Positions 26,411-36,830 of a stretch of 64,000 nucleotides of DNA are shown here, one piece after another. Made by a program: the position numbers and the translations under genes. Where the stretch lies: the NCBI RefSeq assembly GCF_009834535.1, contig NC_045707.1, positions 54,872,001 through 54,936,000 on the forward strand. Direction: 5' to 3'. Under the pieces are notes generated by a model, which was not told the DNA's origin, searched no databases, and worked only from the letters and a program-made list of their open reading frames with translations. Position 1 is the stretch's first letter; the number at the start of each line of letters is the position of its first letter. The DNA is from Camelus ferus. Taxonomy: Eukaryota.

Positions 26411-28139
26411 TTCTTAATGGCAGAAACACTGAAACTAGAAACCTATCAGGGATTGAGGCTCTTTCCCAACAGCCTGTGTTTAGGTGAGTTACCTCTAATC
26501 AGTGATATGTGTAATTAGAATAAATCCACTACCCCTAAGAATTTGTATAAAGATTTTAAACTGTTAAGGTATATAATACTCCTAGGATGGTGTTTGGCAT
26601 ATTATTAGGTCTTAACATATATTAGTTTCTTACTCTTCACTGGGTGAACTACCTTAGCTACAGTCTTAATATATGGGGAATGGAACCATTGTAAGATGCA
26701 GGGACCACCAACTGAGTTTTAAAATCTTTATGAGTTTTTAAGTCTGTATGGAACACTTTCAGTAACAGTATGTGGATTGCGAGATGTAAGGTGCCAAGTT
26801 GCAAGTGTGTGATTTATGTGGCTTTTCAGATTGATATGTTATAAAGGAACTTGGCTACTAACATGACAATTCTGCTTTTAAAAGTTTAACAGCATTACAG
26901 AATGAAATGAGAAACTGTGTTTTTAATGTGTAATAATGCAAATTTCACAACCTTTTGAAATATAGCTTTTTAAATTAATTTTAGCCAGAGAAAATACTTA
27001 ACATATATATACTTTTTAAGTAATATTAAAACATATTAACAACTATCTACTAAACTGGCCTCAATTAAACTATAGTTATGTTAAACAATTTTAATATTAA
27101 ATATGAAATTTATTTTTTTGTCTCTGGAAAAGCCCTATTAATTGCCGAGTGAGATAAGTGAAAATATAGCATATAAGTAAGCATTTATGTGATCAGCCAC
27201 ACTAAAACCAATTTTGGTGGTCAATTATAAAAATCTGGGTAATAAAAATCAAACATTATATAGTTTTATAGAAAGATTTTTAAATTATTATGTCTATAAA
27301 ATGGATTACTAAATTCTTTCTATCATTTAAAGATATCATTGAACAGAAATTTATATTTTATTATTTTAACTCTAAGTTTCATATTAGTCCATTGAATCAT
27401 ATTCAGAGATCTGAGTCTTTGTAAATTTCTAGAAAATAACCCAGGTAGTCTAGATTATGAATATCCTGTGTCTGAACAGTGGGATTCCAACATACATGTC
27501 TTTAACTGAAGTTAACTATATACAACCATTTGCTTACATCCATATTTTTAAACTCTTAGAATTTGTATTATGTTCTGCTACATATTACAAGTCAGTTTAT
27601 ATATCATTTATATAGAATGTCACTTAACATTTTAGATTTTTATGCTTTAAGGGTAATTTATAAAATTATGAAGGGATATTTTTATCTTATGTGCCTTACA
27701 TATTTGTTTTATAATCTAACTTATAAGCAAAATGAGGCACCTCTAGATTGGAATTCAACATTTGTGTAAAATAATATAATTTTTGATCAACATTTTACTC
27801 AGTGTCCTACACTACAGAAAATATACGAAAAAAATTCCAGTAATATAAGAAAAAGTAACAATAGTAGTTTTTAGATATTTGAGTTTTTTTAAATTAACTT
27901 TTGGCTTTGGTTTCAAGAGTACCAAACCAGAAGCTTTTTAGGCATTTTCAAATTAATAGCAAGTTGATTTAATATTATAAATTTCTCACTGACAGAGTTA
28001 ACTAATTATGCTTTGTGTATAAATTCAAGCACCATGGAAGCAGCTAAAATAAATGTTCATAAATACTCTAAAATCAAATATAAAATTTAAAATAATATTT
28101 AAAGAAATTGTATCCCATAACAGTTCAAAATATTTCTGT

Positions 28140-28576
28140 TGAGTATAATTAATTCAGTTATTCAACATAAAAGAGCAATATATACCAATAATTTTCTAGA
28201 CAATGGAGCTACAACAATGAGCAAAAAAAATTATTGTCCATAGGAGCTTTCATTTAGTGGGAAAATTAGGCAAAAAACAAGGTAAATGGCTAACATTATG
28301 GTATGAAAAATGGTGATGTGTACTAAAGATAAAAATAAGAGGAGTTTTATAAGGAGGTTAAGGAATTGTATAAAAGAAAATACTGTTTTTGCAAAATTAA
28401 ATACAATAGTCAGGAAAGATTTCATTGAAAAGTGGCATTTTATCAAAGATTAGAAGGTGCACAGGGAGTAGGTCATGCAGGTCTATGAAGAAAGAACATT
28501 TTAGGCAGAAAAAAAGAATTACAAACGACCTGAGGCATAGAACAGCTAGGAGGTCAGAGTGAGCAAAGAGAATAGT
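28140..28576 (-). mobile_element. L2 fragment, resuming at ~32770-33250 after the ERV
   Basis: 'tagtcaggaaagatttcattgaaaagtggcattt...aaagaacattttaggcaga'. Confidence 0.65.
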
Positions 28577-31500
28577 TGTAGACAGCAGACAACAAGACAA
28601 CAGGTCCAAAATGGAGTTGCCTATGCTAAGCCCTGTGCTACCAAATCATACCAGTCCTTAGCCCTTGGTTCGTCTGGTTCCAGTCTAGGGCTTAAATGAT
28701 TAGCTTGAGCTGGCAGATGGTTTCACCTGGAACCTGAGTCCCTAGCCCTTGGTTAATCTACAGTTGTGATTTGCTCTGCTGGTTCAGTCCATAGTACCCC
28801 TTTGGGAACTTCTGGTTTTGTTGATGCAGCACATAAGACTGTCTCTTGGTTAGTTAGCAATACCATTTCTTTGGTTACTGCTGGTGTTCACTGTTTTGTT
28901 TCCTTAGTTGCTATTGGTTTCTGCTACTGTGCCCATGATGTAAAGGGATAACAGATCTAATATTAATGGGAATTTCAGAAGCTAAAGCCACACAGTTGGT
29001 GGGCAAGAATCAAACACTTAACAGCTGTTAGAGCACTCATCACCTAACTCCAACACTCCTGTGCTAGTATAAGTTGGTCATAGAAGAGGTTAGAGCAATA
29101 CTAGGTTATCTGCCAGTCTCAGGAAAATTTTCATACAACAAAATACACCATAAAGCACCATAAAATCCCCATCCCAGTGGCAGATCCTCTCAAATATTTA
29201 TTTAGGCCAAGAGCTTCAAAGCTTGGCTGAAGAATGGGATTCTCAAGTTTCAGAGAATTGTGTGTGCCACTTTCCAGCACACCTGCTTATTTATTATAAG
29301 AATTGTGGTACTGGAAGCTGTAGGTGTCTGCAAAAATGGCAAAATCTTACTAAGACAACCTAGAATTATGACGGCCATTATGGAGTGCTTTCCAATTAGA
29401 TAAGATGGTTTATTTAAGAAATACACTTGAAACCAAGAGTTTCTATGTCAAACAAACAGAATGTGATACCTATTTCAGTTGGTATGCAGAAGCCTCTAAA
29501 ATGTTCCAAGATTCCAAAATAGCTTCACTGAAAAATTCATTGCAAAAGGCAATAAAAATTACAGACGTAAGAGGTACCTAAATCAAAAGACTTTAAGATG
29601 GACATGACTCCTATTATTCTCTTCCATCCTCTTTTCCCTCCTTTTCTCAGGTACTCAGTCTACTAACCCTTTATCTGAATTGCTTTTCCACCCTAAGAGA
29701 CAGTAAGACCATAATAAAAGTTCATCAAGTTAGTGGAGCAACAGCTCCAAGACCAGAAACCTAAAAAAAACCACACCTGGGCCTCCACCGTTGTCCCATC
29801 CTAGGGGTAGATCATCAGAATACTAGCCCAAAATCAGTGTCTCATTTGTAATTAGCTGGGACACTAGGAATGTGATTGTCCTCAGAGGTTTTGTCAAATT
29901 CTTCCACATCAGTTCAAATGCCCCTTTATCTACTGTAGAAGGAGGACCTCCGTTTTGGCTCCTACCAGGATTGATAAGACTCCAAGGGATTCTCTGGTAA
30001 ACTGCTACCAGTTATTACCTTAAATAGCCAAAGAGAAACTAAAATTAAATTAGTGGAAAATTTTCCCAAATTCTGGTAGGTATTGGGCTACATTCTCTGC
30101 TTTAAACCCCACTCACTACGGAGCCTGCAGATGGGGTCCTGTGGAAACTAGCAGAAACCAGCTAAGGGTAAGAAGTCCTATGAAAGTTAAGTCTCTCAGA
30201 TCTATGTAATGCCTAGCCAAGAGAGGAAAATAAAGTTTTATGTTATCCTTTCCTTGCCAAATTCAGACCCTTATAAATTTGGTTTTGTGGTACCCTTTGG
30301 TTATTGAGTCTTTTTCCCCTCAGAAACAATTGTTTCTTTCTTATTTGTCTTATTTTGTGTCCTGAGAGCTTAGCTTGGCAACCGTCAGGCTGGGGCCCCC
30401 AAGATGTGCCCATACAGAAATGTGAGTTGCACTCCATCTGTGGTTATATTTGGCCAGACATATATGTGGGTTACACCCCATTTGTAGCAGTTGGTTATCT
30501 GTGGGAGAGGCTCTGGATCTCAGGAGGGTGGTATCTTTTTTGCTCTCTTTGGGGATATTCTCTTATGTCCAAGGGGCTGTACAGTACTACCAGGAATATT
30601 TACTGTTTGTCCTGTTGGAACCTGACTAAATATTTGTAAAAGGTTTGTTTTTTTTTTTAATTAAAAAAAATTGTTTAAGTGTCTTTATGGTCACAAGTTG
30701 GCCAAACTGAAAGCTGATTTTGGAGTCTGATAGGAGCTATTTTTAAGGCCTTCTCCCTTAAGCTCAATGAAACTATATACCCAGAGTGAATGAAAAACAT
30801 TCCAAAGACAAATAGCTCAAAATCAAGATCATAGAAATCTTTTCAGTTTCATTTTAGTTGGAGTTCTTCTCCATGATGTAAAGAAGCAAACTGAAGATAA
30901 TATAGCTGGATGAGTAAGTCAGCCCATTGATATCATTACAAATTAAGTCTTTACAACAACAGAAATTAAGCTTTAGAACCAATTCATAGACCATCTATCC
31001 TTTCTATTTTTATCACCTATACAACTCAAAAGGCTTGTAGATAATATAAAATATTTGGACTTAGGGAACAAAAGTCCTTCTTGGTGGAACTTAAATGTTT
31101 TTCTCTGCCTTTTGAGATGTAGAGGTCCTACCTGGTCTTCCCTAGGAACCACAATAACTCTCATCAGAAGAAAAAAAATAAAAGAACGGCTGTTTACAAA
31201 CTAGGCCTATGAAATCTTTTCCATAAATATTACTAAAAAGCTTTAGCCATTTTAATAGGTCAACAACTTATTCTGCCTGCCACAAATATGATTTGGATCA
31301 ATTGTCCTTTAATTGACTAATGAGTTTTTACATTATGGTACCTGTCTCATGGCTACAATTTTAAAATGAAAGCATAAGATCTCTGTTTGTGTCTGTATGT
31401 TTATCTATTATATACGTATATTATAGATGTGTTTTTTCTACCAGCAGTAAGTACTGCCAAATTTAATTTGTAAAGAGCTCTATTTAATTGACTTAAAGTA

Positions 31501-32680
31501 AATAGGTATTTGTATAACTCAAGTGTAGTCTCAGAAAGCAAAACAACTAACCCAAATGTTTTTCAAATTTGCATGTTCTTTGGTAAATAAAATCTCTTTT
31601 AATTTTTTTTGTTTAATTAGGACAAGCATATCTTTAGAGTTATCAGCATTAAATATTATACTTTTATTATACCTAGGCTTACTAAAAGTCAAAAAAAGCT
31701 TATGTTATCTCTGTTGCAGAATTTGTCAGCAAGAAAGTGAACTTAATGCCTCATGAAATTTTTAATAGTAATTTAAACATAATTGTTAAGAACAAGTAAA
31801 TTAAACAGAAGTGAAAAAGATAAAAGTTTAAAAATGAACTTTTTGACAATTATGCTTTATTCTGTGTCTACTTAAAAAGTTTCCAAAATATTTTTGCTAA
31901 CTTGAAACCTCAAAGTTATACTGAGATAAGTAAAATGATGGCTATTCATTAAATATCTGGATCATTTCTAAACAAGATAAAACACTAATTACTGAACATA
32001 GGTTTATCTACTTTGGCTTCATTTTACAGAGGAACTAAGATATTTGGGTCTATTACTAAACATGATATATAACACATTAGAAAATTTATTTTGAGGAAGA
32101 ATATACTTTAGAAATTATGAAATGTATACATTTGCCAATCTGCAGAATGCTTGCATAACAGACAGTCCACAATTACTTATTTCTTAGTTTTCACTAGTAT
32201 TAGGAGTCTAAGGACTAAGAACTCTAATGAATATATGTAATTAAAACTGCTGAGAAACAATAAGGGTGAAAGGAAGCACTTGTGTATGAAATGTGTGTGA
32301 AGTAAAAGGACTGTCTATTCCAGAATGAGTAAAAGGGAAAAACAAACAAACAAAAAATAAACTAAAAACATAAGACAAAATCTGAATACATATAAGTAAA
32401 ATTGTAGAAAGTTTTGGAAAAGGAATCTTGGGAGATAAATGTTATATGCAGCCAAGCTGGTTTATTGGAATTGTACTTTTTTAAGTTTTTAAAAGAATGA
32501 ATTTTAATATAAAAATACACTGGTGCAAAATTAGAATTGATTTTCTCTCTTTTAATTCAAAAGATAAAGTTTTATGGATTATTGGTCTCCTCTTGATAAG
32601 AGATTCTGAAAGGTTTTTTTTTTTTTGTTTCCCCTTTGAGTCTTCTACTTTAAAAACAAGGATTTTGTAACTTACCAAAT
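28577..32680 (+). mobile_element. Class I (ERV1, MER4-group-like) endogenous retrovirus remnant
   Basis: LTR-like start 'tgtagacag...ggtccaaaatggagttgcctatgctaagcc', gag remnants, then a long AT-rich non-coding internal region; no pol, env or 3' LTR recognised. Confidence 0.75.
29234..29882 (+). pseudogene. Decayed retroviral gag (matrix and nucleocapsid zinc knuckle)
   Basis: MGFSS...STPAYL...QKWQNLT...RPLWSAFQLDKMVYLRNTLE; CLICN*LGH*ECDCP (CX2CX4HX4C) at 29838-29882. Confidence 0.8.
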
Positions 32681-33889
32681 AATTTACTGTACTTCATATT
32701 GTCTCTGAGTTTTCCAACCTGAACAACTTGGAAAATAAAATTGTTTTTTGCACAGATTGTGAAGAAATAGACTTGTATTGGGGATGTGGTGAATGGAGTA
32801 TTCAGAAACTAAGTTTCCAGTGTATTCTTTTAACAGTTCTATTAGATATTCAAGTGGAGATGTCAAATAATTAAGTTGGTTACATGAGCAAGATGAGGAG
32901 AGAGCTGTAGGCTCAAGATACTAATCTAGGAGTTATTACAATATTTAAAGCAACTTCTGAGTTCAACAAAGATTTGATAGAAATTAGATTATAGATGATA
33001 AAGAAATCTTAAGAGAGAAATTTAGGTCATTACAACTTTTAGGGTTTGGAGTGTAAACAGAAGATTGAGAAATGATCTCAACTTTTAGGGTTTGTTGATA
33101 AAAAAACAAGATTGAAAAAGAGACCCTAAAAGCATAGAAATAAAGCCATGAGACCATGGATTATAGGAAACTGGATGAAGGCAGGAGGTGGGAATGAGTC
33201 ATCAACTCTTACTAATGGGGCAGGTAGAATGGGAATAGAATAGAGAACTGGTTTTCATCTAAACCTTTAGTTTAGAATTGTCAAATTCAAGAGATTTCAT
33301 ATTATTCCACACAATAAAGTAATTCTACAAATTAGAAAAGAAGGACAATAGTTAATTGTATTTTCCAGTACTGATCAGATAGTTACAGAAAGTTGGGACC
33401 ATGTCCAAGAATGCCAAATAATTCTCAATCTATTAATATGGAAATAAGATTTTCTGGCACATGGAGGAAGAGGTCATAGTTCCTTACCCTTTTAAAATAG
33501 CTCTGAGACAGTAATTTTGGGGTGTATTTGTATTACTGTTACTTCATGCTGTGCTCATTATCTCATCTGCTTTTTATGTTATTTTGGGGGAGCAGGGATA
33601 TTTTCCCTGCTTGATTTCAGACATTTGCTGTTAAACTCATAAATGCAGAACTTGGTGGCACGTAGAAAATTTTTCCTTTGACCTCTTAATTAAATATAAC
33701 GTTCACCAGTCTCTTTTTTGTTTTTCCTTGTTTCAGTTTTACTGAGCCCTTCATTTTGACAGGTAAAACTAGTATTCTTATGACATGATATAATCTTTAG
33801 CCAATTGACATTTAAATCTTAGACTGCTAGACATTTTCCTTAACTGCCTAATCCTTAACATGCTTTTTTGAAAGAAGAAAAAACCCTTT

Positions 33890-34145
33890 TGGCCACACTA
33901 AGGCTCCCTCATTGTTTGGTCTCACCACGTGACTAGTTCTGATCAAAGAGCTGATAGAGGAGTAAACTTAACTGCCAGCACAAGGTTATCTGGAGCTTTT
34001 CTTTCTCTTGCACATCAGTGGAGCTTTGAGAAGGTGGTCGCTCCATCAGTCTGGGTTCCTGAGAAACTGTGATGAGCCGAGCATTCTCTTCCCACCCTGC
34101 TGACCTGTGATAGATGTGTGGTGAAACATAAAATACATCTTTTAT
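33890..34145 (+). mobile_element. MLT1-type MaLR LTR fragment
   Basis: 'cacgtgactagttctgatcaaagag...catcagtctgggttcctgag...tgatgagccgagc'. Confidence 0.65.
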
Positions 34146-34207
34146 TTTTTATTCTTACTTAGTTAAAAATTATTAAGATACTACCTTCAAGTTATAATAA
34201 AATCCTC

Positions 34208-34287
34208 ATAATAGCTCATCTTTTTTTGAGCATTAATTACTTTCTAAGTGCTGTTCAAATAACTTAATGTTCATTAATTTATTAAAT
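34208..34287 (-). mobile_element. MIR SINE, left part (split by the MULE)
   Basis: 'aatagctcatctttttttgagcatt...gtgctgttcaaataacttaatgttcattaatttattaaat' parallels antisense MIR 'atagctaacatttattgagcactta...cattatctcatttaat'. Confidence 0.6.
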
Positions 34288-36690
34288 GGATTAGCCAACA
34301 TTTGATCATGTCTAAATGTTTATTGAGACATTTGATCTGCCAAAAAGTCTTTGATGTTTAGTCCATGCCAAATTTTGACAGGCCTTAATATTTGGGCCTG
34401 TCAAAAGTATCTATGCTTAGAAAACATCCCTGGGTTCAAATAGCCCACATGTGTTTATATTTATTGTTGACAAGATTAATACATAAATAATATTATGTTT
34501 TATTGGTCCAATAATTGGTTGGGGTTGTATTGCCATTAATAACCTTCTTGCTTTGGTAGACTAGCTGATAATTGCACATGGAGTTAGGTAGATGAGTCAG
34601 GGTTTTAATCTTGCAGAAGAGTGGCGTTTATATTAACTGTATGTACTGAGGAAGCTCAGTTTGGGAAATGCACAGAGGACAAGCCCAGCATAAGATCTCA
34701 CAATGTGCGATGTGTTAATATGATACTGAGCATTTCTTTCATTGTGGCTTGATCATTCAATAAGTGTGGAATTTGAAAGGAGGAACTTAGTCAAGTTATT
34801 ATATGTAAAATGGGCCATGAACATATTGACATACTTTACAGAGTCTCACTTATTTTGGAGGAGTAAGAATGGGTTTGGCTCTCCTACCGCATAGCTGTTG
34901 AGTGTATTGATACCATGAGGGTGATACTAGGCGTCTAATTAACACTCCTACAAGCATTCCATTGTCTAGCGTTAGTGGGTAATGTTTCCCTTGAATTGAT
35001 GTCCTGTAAAGGGATGATAGCAGTTGACCACAAGAGGTGTCTGCTGCTATTTAAATAGGCTTTAGTGGGTGTGATTCCCACATTTACCAGCTAATCAGTG
35101 AGGACCACCACACCTTTGGCTGGTGCTTACTTACTGGTTGATCCAGCCTGGGGAACATGGAGTCGGATGTATAAGACATTAGTAAGGTTTTTCCCTACCA
35201 GTAAAACCAGCAATCATTGGTCAGATGGCTACATACATACAAATATACATACATACACGCATACACCCTTTTTCTGTTACTTGGCAACATGACCTTTTTA
35301 TTTGAAAATTCTTAGTGGAGTATGGCAGAAATAGTATACCCACAGAAAGAAAAGCCAATGCTACATTATAATGGCTTTTGTTACCAGTCCCATTCTTTTA
35401 GCAGAGTTTGGAGTAAAATGTACAGATGGTGTAAAGAGAGGAGAATCTGCAGTGTCCAGTGTACAGCTAGTCAGAATTTGGAGAACATTACAATCTTTCT
35501 AGATGGGACAGGAAAACTTAAGCACAAGGTTGATGTTGAAGGGGAAAGGAGGAACACCCTGAATGGGTTAAAACGACACACAGAAGAAGAACCAAATGCA
35601 GTAGCATCACAAGTACTTCAAAAAACTCTCCATGATATTCATGATAAAGAGCAGAAAGCAATTTATTAAAGAAGCAAGTAGACAGAATTCAGAACAGACC
35701 TTGACCTCTAAACCCAAATTCATTGCATGGAAGTGAAATTCCAGCAGAATATGAAGTGACCAGATGGGGAGCATTTCTTATGCACTGTTTCAGTGCTCAA
35801 GATGATGAAAGTTATATAGACAGCTTATGACAGTATTTGATATTTAATTGTCAGTACCACATTATTCAGTGATGGTACCTTCAAGGTGGTACCAACACAG
35901 TTCACTCAGTTATGTATGTGCACCGTGTAGTATTGGGTTATATTATGCCAGGATATATGCACTAATAACAAAAAGGCAAGAAGACACAGATCTATATTTG
36001 AGCAAGTACTTGCATTTGTATAAGAAAGAAATCTCAGCATTAACCCTTCATTGTGCATGATGGAATTTGAGATTGCAAATATGAACGCAGTTTGACTATT
36101 CCTACCATATGCACAAATAAAAGGCTGATTGGTGCACTTTTCTTAATCACTGTGGTGAAAAATATCTTCTTTAGCTATCACATATGTATATGTGAGTATA
36201 TGAAAATGGAAAAGAACACATGTAAGTGTGCATCCATGTTGTTTGGACTTCCATTTGTGGCTTTGGAAGATGTAAATGAAATTTCTGAGTACATTGTGGA
36301 GGGAGCTGAAGAAAATTTAGATCGACATACGGAATTATGTTGAGAGAGCGTATGGGTTCCTGAAAGGTACAGCAGAGATAGAAGAAAACCAGAAGCTCCA
36401 CAATTTCCACCAGAAACTTGAATATTTATACACCAGCACCGAACAGCAATCAGGAGGAACCATGCAGCAAAAGGCTGGCACAGCCAATTTCCAAAGCTGA
36501 TGGTAGTGCAGCACCCTTCAATTTGGAGATGTGTTGAAGTGTTAAAAGACAAACAGAAAAGCAATGACAAGATCAAATTTCAAGGGCATTTTGGCAAAGT
36601 TAAATTTATGTATTGTCTAATGAATCATGGAAATGTCTTGATGGACGTGTTGGACAGGACCAAATGTCCTTCCTGGGAGGACTAAATGTT
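34288..36690 (+). mobile_element. Fossil Mutator-like (MULE/MuDR, Phantom-type architecture) DNA transposon
   Basis: Degenerate inverted ends (34298-34333 vs reverse complement of 36631-36667, about 28 of 37 matches by eye) enclosing a decayed MULE transposase. Confidence 0.85.
35322..36570 (+). pseudogene. Decayed FLYWCH + MULE DDE transposase
   Basis: Across frameshifts: KPMLHYNGFCY...MYRWC...C (FLYWCH-like); LFSDGTFKVVPTQFTQL (D at 35871); IYALITKRQEDT; CMMEFEIANMNAV*LFLPYAQIKG*LVHFS*SLW*KI; LFGLPFVALEDV; NYVERAY; FPPET; RRNHAAKGWHSQF...HPSIWRCVEVLK. Confidence 0.92.
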
Positions 36691-36830
36691 CACAGCAACC
36701 TGTGAAGTAGTTACTATGTCCATTTAATGGCTGAGAAAAAAAGAGGCAAAGGAAGAATAACTTTTCTAAGATGACTCAATTAGTAGTTTGTGGAAATAGT
36801 TTCTAGGAGAACCCAGAAAGTCTAATAGGA
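36688..36830 (-). mobile_element. MIR SINE, right part
   Basis: 'tcacagcaacctgtgaagtagttactatgtccatttaatggctgagaaaaaaagaggcaaagg' parallels antisense MIR 'tcacaacaaccctgtgaggtaggtactatt...gatgaggaaactgaggcacagag'. Confidence 0.75.

Noticed and set aside
35322..35669. 115-aa FLYWCH-like ORF as a domesticated gene
   Set aside because: The zinc-ligand pattern looks damaged (YRWC, only one distal His), and the ORF ends at a frameshift within a decayed element; no evidence of selection from sequence alone
36171..36576. Minus-strand ORFs of 132 and 79 aa
   Set aside because: Antisense shadows of the transposase pseudogene
34288..36690. Naming the MULE as Ricksha
   Set aside because: The ends do not match my recollection of Ricksha TIRs; the family name is left open pending a database search
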